A DNA stretch of 64,000 nucleotides from Candidatus Binataceae bacterium (GTDB lineage: Bacteria; Desulfobacterota; Binatia; Binatales; Binataceae), in the NCBI GenBank assembly GCA_035295545.1, contig DATGIT010000009.1:140823-204822 (forward strand), written 5' to 3'. Each line of letters begins with the position of its first letter. Position 1 is the first letter of the stretch. This document shows positions 35,394 through 44,089 of the stretch, piece after piece. The position numbers and the translations under genes are program-made. The notes under the pieces are model-generated. The model did no database searches. It saw nothing but the letters and a program-made list of their open reading frames with translations, and was not told where the DNA came from.

Positions 35394-36419
35394 TTGAAGC
35401 TGTCGATTATCGATCAATCTCCGGTGCCCGCCGGCGCTACGCCGGCGCAGGCGCTGCAAAACTCCATCGAACTTGCGCGCCTGGCCGACCGGCTCGGGTA
35501 CGAGCGCTACTGGATCGCCGAGCATCATGCGATTTCGGCCCTGGCCAGTCCGGCGCCGGAGATTCTGATGACCCGGATAGCGGCGGAAACCTCCGCCATC
35601 CGGGTTGGCTCCGGCGGCGTGATGCTGCCGCACTACAGTTCGCTCAAGGTCGCGGAAGTCTTCCGCATGCTGCACGCGCTCTATCCGGGGCGTATCGACC
35701 TCGGCGTCGGACGAGCGCCCGGCGGCACTCCGCTCGACAGTTTCGCGTTGCAGCGCTATCGGGGCGCGCGGCTGTCCAGCGATGATTTTCCCGACCAGCT
35801 GCTCGAGCTGATCGCGTTTTTGAGGCGCGATTTTCCCTCGCAGCATCCGTTCAGCCGGCTCACGGTCTCTCCCGACATGCCCGGAGCTCCCGAAATCTGG
35901 CTGCTCGGCTCGAGCCTGTGGAGCGCTGCCGCGGCGGCCCGCTTGGGCTTGCCTTACGCATTTGCCCATTTCATCGATCCGAATCCCACACGCGCCGCGC
36001 TCGAGCACTACCTCGCGCATTTCACTCCGTCCGCGGCCTTGGCGGCTCCGCGAGTGATGATCGCGCCCGGCGCTGTGTGCGCCGATACGCAGGAGGAAGC
36101 CGAACGCCTGCTGAGCAGCGCGCGCCTGTTCCGTCGCCGCATCCGTCAGGGCGACGTGCGGCCGATTCCCTCGCCCGAAGAGGCACTGGCCGAATTGGGC
36201 GGCAGCGGAGGTGGTCCGGCCATCGACGAGCGCTTGGGCGATTGGCCGCGCTATTTCGTGGGAACGGCCGAGCGGGTGCGCGATCAACTGATCGACATGG
36301 CAGGCGTGCTGCACGCGGACGAGCTGATGATCGTGACCGTCGTGCACGATCATCGGGCGCGGATGCGTTCCTACGAGCTGCTGGCGCAGGCTTTCAATCT
36401 CGCGCGCCGCGCTTTATAG
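35394..36419 (+). CDS. LLM-class flavin-dependent oxidoreductase (luciferase family group 1-like)
   Basis: KLSIIDQSPVPAGATPAQALQNSIELARLADRLGYERYWIAEHHA...GVMLPHYSSLKVAEVFRMLHALYPGRIDLGVGRAPG. Start probably the TTG at 35394. Confidence 0.75.
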   Translation: MKLSIIDQSPVPAGATPAQALQNSIELARLADRLGYERYWIAEHHAISALASPAPEILMTRIAAETSAIRVGSGGVMLPHYSSLKVAEVFRMLHALYPGRIDLGVGRAPGGTPLDSFALQRYRGARLSSDDFPDQLLELIAFLRRDFPSQHPFSRLTVSPDMPGAPEIWLLGSSLWSAAAAARLGLPYAFAHFIDPNPTRAALEHYLAHFTPSAALAAPRVMIAPGAVCADTQEEAERLLSSARLFRRRIRQGDVRPIPSPEEALAELGGSGGGPAIDERLGDWPRYFVGTAERVRDQLIDMAGVLHADELMIVTVVHDHRARMRSYELLAQAFNLARRAL

Positions 36420-36467
36420 CGGTGTGCGAGCGTCGGCGTCCGGACCAGCGCGCGGGTTTCGCCGGTC

Positions 36468-37247
36468 ATGACCATGGAGGAAATCGACATGGCGCAGGCA
36501 GCCAGAGTGGCAATCGTAACCGGCGCGGGAACCGGGATCGGCAAGCATAGCGCGCTAGCGTTGCTGCGCGAAGGCTACTCGGTGGTTCTGGCCGGGCGCC
36601 GCAGGGAGCCGTTGGAAGCGGCCGCCGCCGAGGGGGCGCCATCGGGCTCGCGGGCGTTGGTTGTTGCGACCGATGTCGGCAATCCGGAGTCGGTGAAGGC
36701 TCTTTTCGCGCGCACCAGGGAGACCTTCGGCCGGCTCGACCTGCTGTTCAACAATGCCGGTGTGGGCGCGCCCGGCATTCCGCTTGAAGATCTGAGCTAC
36801 GAGCAATGGAAGGCGGTGGTCGATATCAACCTGACCGGCGCGTTCCTGTGCACACAGGAAGCCTTTCGCATGATGAAGAGTCAGGACCCGCGAGGCGGGC
36901 GCATCATCAATAACGGCTCCATTTCCGCGCACGCGCCGCGGCCGAACTCCGCTCCCTACACGGCGACGAAGCATGGGATGACCGGACTGACCAGGGCGAC
37001 CGCGCTCGACGGCCGCAAATACGACATCGCCTGCGGTCAGATTGATATCGGCAACGCGGCGACCGAGATGACGGCGCGAATGTCGCGCGGCGTGCCGCAA
37101 GCCAACGGTGCGCTCGCAGTCGAGCCGACCTTTGATGCGCAGCAGGTCGCGCGCGCGGTCGTTTACATGGCGAGCCTGCCGCTGGAGGCCAACGTCCTGT
37201 TCATGACGGTGATGGCTACCAAGATGCCATTTGTCGGTCGCGGATGA
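36468..37247 (+). CDS. SDR-family oxidoreductase
   Basis: [16 protein letters not shown]...NNAGV...[16 protein letters not shown] (TGxxxGxG, NNAG, YxxxK). Confidence 0.85.
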   Translation: MTMEEIDMAQAARVAIVTGAGTGIGKHSALALLREGYSVVLAGRRREPLEAAAAEGAPSGSRALVVATDVGNPESVKALFARTRETFGRLDLLFNNAGVGAPGIPLEDLSYEQWKAVVDINLTGAFLCTQEAFRMMKSQDPRGGRIINNGSISAHAPRPNSAPYTATKHGMTGLTRATALDGRKYDIACGQIDIGNAATEMTARMSRGVPQANGALAVEPTFDAQQVARAVVYMASLPLEANVLFMTVMATKMPFVGRG

Positions 37248-37282
37248 TTTCGGTCTTCGCCCCGGCGTTTGTCTGAGGCGGC

Positions 37283-38143
37283 TCAGAAATAGACATTCTG
37301 CATCGTGCGCACGCCTGCGCGCCGCTCTCTGATTCGAGGATGGTCGAACAGGTGCAGGAGAAAAATCTGATCTATCCAGCGCGCGTCTTTGAAGAGCCGC
37401 CGCGAGCGCAGAAAACGGTACTGCTCGATTTTGCGCATTTCATGTTCGGCGTTGAATTCGTTGATTGCGAGCAGTTCGCCGGCCCAGTTGCTGTAGGTCG
37501 GCAGCACGATGTCGTCAAAATACAGAATCGGCAGGAACAAATACTTGGCCGCGTTGGGATCGGCCAGCAGACCCAGGGCCGGTTTGGTTGATGAATAGTA
37601 ATCCAGATCGAAGGCGGCGAACCCCAGTGGTGCGTCGGTGCTGAGCGAGTTGCCGACGAACGCCGGCACGGTCTGGTGAACCGGCCCGAGCACCAACTCG
37701 CAATTGGACGGCAGACTCGTTCGCAAGCGCTCGTGCTCCATCGGAAAATCGCCTGCCTGAAATTCCTCCGGATGGTCGCGGTAGTCGGACGGCGGCGGCA
37801 TTCCCGCTCCGCTGTCGAAGCCGACGATTCTGACGCCGACCCCGGTCGTGCGGCTTACGCGGCTCGCGATCGCGCACAGGTTGAGCAGGCCTTCGCCGGC
37901 GGCGACGCCGAATTCCACCGCCGTGAAGCACTTTACGCCCGCCTCGCGCGCCTGGTCCGCCGCAGCCAGAAGCCCATACGCGTAGTGCGGTCGGCTGATG
38001 AGATCGCACGCGACCTTCGCGCGGAAAGTTCCCAGCAACGCGACCGCTGCCGAGGCTGCATTCAGATGCAATGGCTCGGTGAGCCGCTCGCGCAGAATGC
38101 GGTAACGAGCGCTGCGCTGCCGGCGTAGCTTGCGGAGCAACAT
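37283..38143 (-). CDS. TylF/MycF-like class I SAM-dependent O-methyltransferase candidate
   Basis: VKCFTAVEFGVAAGEGLLNL and FAAFDLDYYSSTKPAL...LYFDDIV resemble the macrocin-O-methyltransferase family (IVECGVxRGGS...LDGDLYEST...DDY). Lower GC than the chromosome average. Confidence 0.45.
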   Translation of the reverse strand: MLLRKLRRQRSARYRILRERLTEPLHLNAASAAVALLGTFRAKVACDLISRPHYAYGLLAAADQAREAGVKCFTAVEFGVAAGEGLLNLCAIASRVSRTTGVGVRIVGFDSGAGMPPPSDYRDHPEEFQAGDFPMEHERLRTSLPSNCELVLGPVHQTVPAFVGNSLSTDAPLGFAAFDLDYYSSTKPALGLLADPNAAKYLFLPILYFDDIVLPTYSNWAGELLAINEFNAEHEMRKIEQYRFLRSRRLFKDARWIDQIFLLHLFDHPRIRERRAGVRTMQNVYF

Positions 38144-38157
38144 CGCTTCGGTCCTCC

Positions 38158-39948
38158 TCAGACGCGGATGCGGCGCGCGAATTGTCTGGCCAGCGCCAGC
38201 ATGCGCTCGTTGCCGGCGAGATGATTGTCGCGAAATTCCGACAGCCAGCGGCGCAATGCGACACGGGCCTCGTGGGCCACACGGCTGCGCGCATCGAGCG
38301 GCGCGCGCTCATTCGTCCGGCTCACTTCGACCGTCGCCTGCTCGCCGGGATCGAGTTCGAGTTCGGCTGCGAGCCGCCCGTGCGCTCTTCGATGCTCCAG
38401 AGGCGAACCGTTGAGCAACAGCCCCGCGTCCGGATCTTCGTCAGCGACAGGTCGCGAGATCGTGAAGACGGTTCGCGAGCCGTATGGATTACGCATCCGG
38501 AAGCGTCGGGTATAGAATTTCGCTTCGGCCGCGGCCGGCCCGGTTTTCCTGTACAGCGCCGTTTCCGTCAGACTGGTCTCGAGCGGCGCCCACGAGATGC
38601 GCGGCTCCATTTCATTGATCGAACGCACAAATTCACAGGCGGCTGTATAGCCATTTTTGAAATAGTCGTGATGCTCGACGATCAGAGCCGGCTTGCCCAT
38701 GAACAGATCGAAGGCAAACGGAAACGACGCAATCGGATATCTTCGGCCGAACAAGGGCAATCCGCCGTCGCCGACCACGGCCACGTCCAGCAGGTCGCGA
38801 ATGGTCAGTTGCCGGCGGAAGGAGCCGGACGCCAGGACCGATGTATTCACCGCGGCGAGGTAGCCTTCGGCCGCCAGCGCCCGCAACGCGGCGCCTGAGA
38901 AGCCGCCTTGCGGGAAAATCATGATTGGCTCGCATGGAAGCCCGCTGCTTGCCGCATGCGCCCGCATCCGGCTGATTGCGGTGCGCGCCTTGTCGCGAAG
39001 CATCGCTTCGTCTTCGTCGGCAAATTCGGCGGCCGTATGATCGCAACCGTGGATGCATAGCGAGAAGCGGTTGCCGTGCGTGCGCAGCAGATCGGCAACC
39101 TGGGGATCGGTCCGGCGATAATTCCACGGAATGAATGCCAGCGTGGTCGCGAATCGATGAGCTTCCATCTCGGCGACGAGCCGATCGAAGCGCAGAAATC
39201 CGTAACGCGGGCGCAGCAGCGGGTCATCGATGGTGAGCGTCGCGTGCGGCGCCGGGTTGCTCCAGCAGTATTCGCTGAACGCGCTGCGCAGAAACAGCAG
39301 CGGCGGCAGCAGGCTCGCGTAGTGCCGCGCGTCCAGGCCGCCGGCCTCGGCTTTCTCATCGAGATCCGCCATCTCGCCTTCGGCGCAGAGGAAAATCCGG
39401 CACCCGCGGAGTTTCGCCAGCGCCAGGCATGGGCGTTGCTCGAGCGTTACAATCTGACTGACTGCGCCGCCGCGCAAATCCGCCTGTCCGACGGCAAAGC
39501 CGCGCGCGTCCGCGCTTGGTGGGAACTTCAGCCCGGCCAGCGGTCCCGCGATCTCGCGCGCCGCCGGCGAGATCGCGTAAGCTCCGGAGTTACCGTGGCT
39601 GTCAGCGGAGCGGAACAGCGCGCGATCGGTGAGCCATGCGGCCACATCGTCGCCCTCGTTCGGCCGGAACCCATAGATGAAAGCATGATCGAAACCGGCC
39701 AGCAGCGCGTCCGGCGAAGCGGGTGGGATGCGGGCCTGATCTTTGAGCCGCGCCAACGCGTTGCTGCTGGCCGCGATAGCACTGCATCCTCGCATCTTCG
39801 CCGAATCCAACAGGTCCTCGCCGGCGCCATCTCCGCATACCTTCAGCGTCAGCGCCTCGACGCCCATCATTTCGACGAGCTTCGCGAGTCTCAGGTCCGA
39901 AGCGCGGCTGGCCGCGCATGAGAGCAAGGCGAGTCGTGAAGCGGCCAC
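38158..39948 (-). CDS. Hypothetical 596-aa protein with a CE4 (polysaccharide deacetylase)-like central region
   Basis: LTIDDPLL (resembling TFDDG) is followed ~65 aa later by LCIHGCDHT (HxxxH-like). The N-terminal ~200 aa and the C-terminal region have no recognisable motif. Confidence 0.4.
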   Translation of the reverse strand: MAASRLALLSCAASRASDLRLAKLVEMMGVEALTLKVCGDGAGEDLLDSAKMRGCSAIAASSNALARLKDQARIPPASPDALLAGFDHAFIYGFRPNEGDDVAAWLTDRALFRSADSHGNSGAYAISPAAREIAGPLAGLKFPPSADARGFAVGQADLRGGAVSQIVTLEQRPCLALAKLRGCRIFLCAEGEMADLDEKAEAGGLDARHYASLLPPLLFLRSAFSEYCWSNPAPHATLTIDDPLLRPRYGFLRFDRLVAEMEAHRFATTLAFIPWNYRRTDPQVADLLRTHGNRFSLCIHGCDHTAAEFADEDEAMLRDKARTAISRMRAHAASSGLPCEPIMIFPQGGFSGAALRALAAEGYLAAVNTSVLASGSFRRQLTIRDLLDVAVVGDGGLPLFGRRYPIASFPFAFDLFMGKPALIVEHHDYFKNGYTAACEFVRSINEMEPRISWAPLETSLTETALYRKTGPAAAEAKFYTRRFRMRNPYGSRTVFTISRPVADEDPDAGLLLNGSPLEHRRAHGRLAAELELDPGEQATVEVSRTNERAPLDARSRVAHEARVALRRWLSEFRDNHLAGNERMLALARQFARRIRV

Positions 39949-39951
39949 GGG

Positions 39952-40275
39952 TCAAGGCGCCGGATTCGCCAGCAGGTTGCGCAGCGCGTCGATCAGGCTA
40001 CCCAGGGTTTTAAGGTCGTCGCTGTTCAACGGACTTTCCCCTTCTTCGGCGGCGAGAACGATTTCACGTCCCAGGGAGTCGCGAATTCCGTCCTCGATGA
40101 ACACCAGCAGATTGATCACGGCCAGCGAGTCGAACGCGCTTCCGTCATCGAGCAGCGGGACCGCGCGGCTCTTAGGCAGCCGCTGAGCGCCGGACAAGAG
40201 CTCGTTTACGCTATCGATCGCGCGAAAGACGATCGCTTCAACCGCTGCTCCGGCATTGCCATTCGACTCCGGCAT
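39952..40275 (-). CDS. Acyl carrier protein
   Basis: 107 aa. Phosphopantetheine-attachment motif DDGSAFDSLAVINLLVFIE (DSL). Confidence 0.65.
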   Translation of the reverse strand: MPESNGNAGAAVEAIVFRAIDSVNELLSGAQRLPKSRAVPLLDDGSAFDSLAVINLLVFIEDGIRDSLGREIVLAAEEGESPLNSDDLKTLGSLIDALRNLLANPAP

Positions 40276-40324
40276 CGACTTCCCTCACTTCACGGATTTT
40301 GCGGGCGGATGCGCCGACCGCGCA

Positions 40325-40870
40325 CTACGTAACGGTCCGCGACGCGGACCCGTTTCCGGTTTCGCGGGGCGGACGCGCGGGCCGCAGCCCGCGAAGGAAC
40401 GATACGTACGAAGGCGCCGTCGCCAGCGGGACCGCCACCGTGGCCACGACCTGGGGAGCCGCAGGCTTGACGAAGGTGAAAGGGGCCACGTCACTCGTGA
40501 TAATCGAGCCAGCGCCCACCACCGCACCTTCGCCAATAGTAAGAATGCGCCCCTTGGCGCTGCTGATCAGGCAGCAGGCGCCGATCCAAGCGCCTTTTTT
40601 TATGACCACCTTACCGGGGCCGCGCAGGTGGGCGATAATCACGGATCGGAGTCCGATCTCGACGTCGTCTTCGATCTCGATACAGGTCGGATACTCATTC
40701 TCCAGATAGACATCGTCGCCGATGAAGACATTGCGTCCCAGGCGCACGCCTCTCAGGCGATGGAGAAAGGGCCGCAGGCTTCGGCTGCCGGGCAAAGCGC
40801 GCGCCATCAAATGGAGCACGCGGTTCACCGCCCCGCGAGGAAGAGAATTGCGCTCGACCTGGTTTGCCAT
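40325..40870 (-). CDS. Hexapeptide-repeat (left-handed beta-helix) acyl/acetyltransferase
   Basis: Imperfect hexapeptide repeats (IGDDVYLE...IEIEDDVEIGLRSVII...KGAWIGACCLISSAKGRILTIGEGAVVGAGSIITSDV). Start taken at MANQVERNS; the longer 213-aa version is also possible. Confidence 0.65.
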   Translation of the reverse strand: MANQVERNSLPRGAVNRVLHLMARALPGSRSLRPFLHRLRGVRLGRNVFIGDDVYLENEYPTCIEIEDDVEIGLRSVIIAHLRGPGKVVIKKGAWIGACCLISSAKGRILTIGEGAVVGAGSIITSDVAPFTFVKPAAPQVVATVAVPLATAPSYVSFLRGLRPARPPRETGNGSASRTVT

Positions 40871-40874
40871 CCAG

Positions 40875-42704
40875 TCAGTCAACCGCTTGCGTGGCCGGTC
40901 GGATATGCCGGTGCGCACGCGGCGGGCGTGCCGCTTGATCGATCGCCGGCCAATCCGCCGCATCATTCGCCAACGATACGCACCCGGGAAGCGGGTAATC
41001 CCGATCCAGGCTCCAATCGAAGACCCGCGACTCGGTTGAGTTGCCGGAGGTTTCGGTCATGCCGCTGCCGCAAAAAAAGCGCAGGCAGGGCTGGTTTCTT
41101 GCCGTGGGCAGATACCCGGCGCGGAGCGACGACGAGCCGGCGCGCCGTGCCTGCGCGGCGAGCGTGTGGAGCATCGCTTCTTCAATTCTTCGCCCCATCA
41201 CTCGGCAGCTGAGGACGAAATCTTCTATATTTGCCGTTGCCGCCGGGCGGTCCAGGCTGAGCGAGCCGATGCCGACCAATCCGTAGTCGCCGAACCTGTC
41301 GGCCACGCGAAAGACCAGCACGCGACGATCGGGCGCGGACGCCCACGCCAGCATTTCCGACGCCGGCAGCCTCCGCGTGCGCAGATTCATCTGGTTGGTC
41401 TTGTTCAGGAGCTGCGCGGCGCGTTCCAGGTTGGCGGCGCTCAATTCCTCGACCTGGACGCGCAGCTCGAGCGTGGCGAGCCAGGCATCCAGCGACGGCA
41501 CGGTTTGCTGCAGCTGTTTGCGCCGGCGCTCGGACAGGTACATCGCGCCGCGCGCGCGATCCTCCGCGCTCACCGCGGGCGCGTCAAAGCAGTCGAGCGC
41601 GCGCAACGCCGAGGCGAACTCGAGCGGGTTTTGCGGCCACTGCGGCACCAGCAGCGCGGGCAGCGCTTCGGCGACCCGCGCCCGCTCCACCGGATGGTCG
41701 TCGATCAACACGGCCGCGTCGAGTCCGAGATTCAGCTCGGCGACCAGCTCCGCGATGTTGCGCGCCTTGTCGTTCCAGTCGATGCGCCAGCCGGCGAAAT
41801 CGTCCAGCTTCAACACCATCTCCGGATGGTTGGCGATGGCCTCGAGCGCGGTGCGCTCTTCGTTCTTGCTCGCGATTGCGAGCAGGACGCCGCGCCGCGC
41901 GAGCGCTTTGAGCGCGAGCTGAAAATCCCGAAAGGCTTCGCCGACCGCGTCATGTCCGCCCAAGCGCAGCGCGCGCCAGCCGACGTCGCCGACCACCCCG
42001 CCCCACAGCGTGTCGTCGAGGTCGAGAATCACGAGCTTGCGCGCGCCGCCCGCGATTCCTGTGAGCGCAGCGCTCAGGTCGCGCGCCGCCGATTTGAACA
42101 CGTCGAGCGAGAAGGGAATCTTCGCCAGGTACCACATCCGGGCGTCGCAGGCGCGCGTGCCGGCCTGTGCGATCCAGCGCGCGGCATCGAACAGATGGAT
42201 CCGCGGGTCGCCGCTCACGGCCTCGGCCAACGCCAGGTTCATGCGCATCAGCGTCGCGCTCGGGCCGATGGTCGGATGCATGTCGAGCAGTCCGCGGCGG
42301 CCTTCGAACGCGTGCATCGGCGCCCAGGTCGGCACCAGGATCGACTTGACGTGCGGCGGTATCGCGGCGAGCGCGCGCGCGTACGCGCGCACTTCCTCCA
42401 TCATCTGTTCCAGCACCAGTGGCTCGTATGCCAGCACGCCGGCGTATGCCTTCGAGATCGCCTGCGGCGACGTCCATACGACGGCCGCGTCGAGGTCCGC
42501 CTGCCACACGGCGGAATGCGCGGCGAGCAGCAGCTGCATCACCTGTCCGAACGGAGCAGCGGTCGCGCGAAGTCGCGCTCCGTTTGCGCTCCAGTTGGAA
42601 AGCAACGAGGCCAGGTTCTGCGCGTTGAAATCCGAGACTATGAGGATATTCCTCGTGTGCAGAGCGGCGCCGTCCGCCCGAATGACCGTGTCCACCTTGT
42701 CCAT
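40875..42704 (-). CDS. FkbH-like HAD-superfamily (subfamily IIIC) protein with C-terminal GNAT-like domain
   Basis: KLVILDLDDTLWGGVVGD (HAD DxDxT motif) with the FkbH-like domain architecture and a C-terminal VFRVADRFGDYGLVGIGSLSL...FVLSCRVMGRRIEE domain. 609 aa. Confidence 0.65.
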   Translation of the reverse strand: MDKVDTVIRADGAALHTRNILIVSDFNAQNLASLLSNWSANGARLRATAAPFGQVMQLLLAAHSAVWQADLDAAVVWTSPQAISKAYAGVLAYEPLVLEQMMEEVRAYARALAAIPPHVKSILVPTWAPMHAFEGRRGLLDMHPTIGPSATLMRMNLALAEAVSGDPRIHLFDAARWIAQAGTRACDARMWYLAKIPFSLDVFKSAARDLSAALTGIAGGARKLVILDLDDTLWGGVVGDVGWRALRLGGHDAVGEAFRDFQLALKALARRGVLLAIASKNEERTALEAIANHPEMVLKLDDFAGWRIDWNDKARNIAELVAELNLGLDAAVLIDDHPVERARVAEALPALLVPQWPQNPLEFASALRALDCFDAPAVSAEDRARGAMYLSERRRKQLQQTVPSLDAWLATLELRVQVEELSAANLERAAQLLNKTNQMNLRTRRLPASEMLAWASAPDRRVLVFRVADRFGDYGLVGIGSLSLDRPAATANIEDFVLSCRVMGRRIEEAMLHTLAAQARRAGSSSLRAGYLPTARNQPCLRFFCGSGMTETSGNSTESRVFDWSLDRDYPLPGCVSLANDAADWPAIDQAARPPRAHRHIRPATQAVD

Positions 42705-42710
42705 CCCCGC

Positions 42711-43673
42711 CTAGCGCGAAGAGCTCCGCGCCATCTTCAAAGAAGTCCCGATCTGCCTGCGCGCGTCGGAGCCCGGAGCTGCACGCGTGACCGTCGCCCG
42801 CGCCTGCGGCGCGCGCCGCACGCGCAGCGCCAGGAAAATGCGCCGTTTGAGTTCCGCTGCCCACGGCACCCAGTCATACGCGCCGACCAGCTTGAGATGA
42901 AACTCGATCATCCAATCATCGGGATCGACGCGCACTCTGCCAATCAGGAATTCGCACGGGTCCTCAAGCGCCCGCGCCGGCATGCCGTCGAACGCCCGCT
43001 GGTAGCCCGCCATCCGGCACAGCGCGAGCGTCTGCGGGGTGTGGACTCCGAACGGGAAACAGAACAACACCACTTCCTGTCCGAGCACCTGTTTGAGCCG
43101 TTCGCGCGAGTCGATGAGTTCGCGCAAAGCCTCGCGCCGGCCGGTCGCGACCAGGCGCCGGTGCGAGCAGGTATGCGACCCGATCATGACCAGTCCGGCC
43201 GCAATGTCCGGCTGCAACGCGCGCAATTCCGTCTCGGAAACGATCCGATCGCGTTGCCCGCCCAGATGCTCACCCATGCAATCGGAGATGACGAAGATCG
43301 CGACCGGAATGCGTCGCTGCTTGAGCTCCGGCAGAGCATTTTCGACAAAGCTGGTCCATCCGTCGTCCGCGGTGACCATGGCGTAACGTCGCCCAGGAGG
43401 AAGGGGTGCTCTGTGATCTGCGCTAATCGGCACGGCCCAACGCAGCAGATGATCCATTTGCCTGGCGAATCGGTCGCGCTGTTCGGGCAAAACCTGATGA
43501 TAGTAGATGCCCGTCGCGTGCCCGGGACGCCTGGAGCCGAGCACCCGCGTCAATCCATCGACCAGCGACCGCAGCAGCCAGAAGCTCATCGACAGCAGAA
43601 ACTTCACCAAGCGAAGGAGCGGATTGGGTGCGAAGGGGGGCATCGCAGCATCGTGTGCTTTGAGTCTGGACAT
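42711..43673 (-). CDS. Polysaccharide deacetylase (CE4/NodB-homology) family protein
   Basis: RRYAMVTADDGW (TFDDG-type motif) and MIGSHTCSHRRL (HxxxH). N-terminal hydrophobic segment. Confidence 0.7.
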   Translation of the reverse strand: MSRLKAHDAAMPPFAPNPLLRLVKFLLSMSFWLLRSLVDGLTRVLGSRRPGHATGIYYHQVLPEQRDRFARQMDHLLRWAVPISADHRAPLPPGRRYAMVTADDGWTSFVENALPELKQRRIPVAIFVISDCMGEHLGGQRDRIVSETELRALQPDIAAGLVMIGSHTCSHRRLVATGRREALRELIDSRERLKQVLGQEVVLFCFPFGVHTPQTLALCRMAGYQRAFDGMPARALEDPCEFLIGRVRVDPDDWMIEFHLKLVGAYDWVPWAAELKRRIFLALRVRRAPQARATVTRAAPGSDARRQIGTSLKMARSSSR

Positions 43674-44089
43674 ACCGACACGTCAGGCTGGCGGAGCGCT
43701 CTTGAGGCAGGGAGCAACTTTTATGCCCTGCGTTTCGTGCTCTTTGGACTAAAAAAGTGCGAAATCGTTACTTGGATTCACCAGGCGCGTCTGCAAAATC
43801 GAATCAGCCTCTTGCAATTCTTGCCGACTCGATTTCTATAAAAGCAATCTACCGCCGAGGACCTGAGCAGGCGATGTCTGGCGCGAATCGGCTTGCAAGC
43901 GCACCGTACGGTGCTGCGCAAGGTGCCGCGTACCAGCCAGCACCGGGTTTATGTTGAGACTCAAGGACCACGTCGCACGCCCAAGTCGATGCGTGCGCGT
44001 AACCAAAATGACGCCGCCAGCTCCGGAGAGATTTGTAGCGCCCGATAAATGAAGACTAATATGCGGGTATCTGTCGCAGGAAAACCGCG

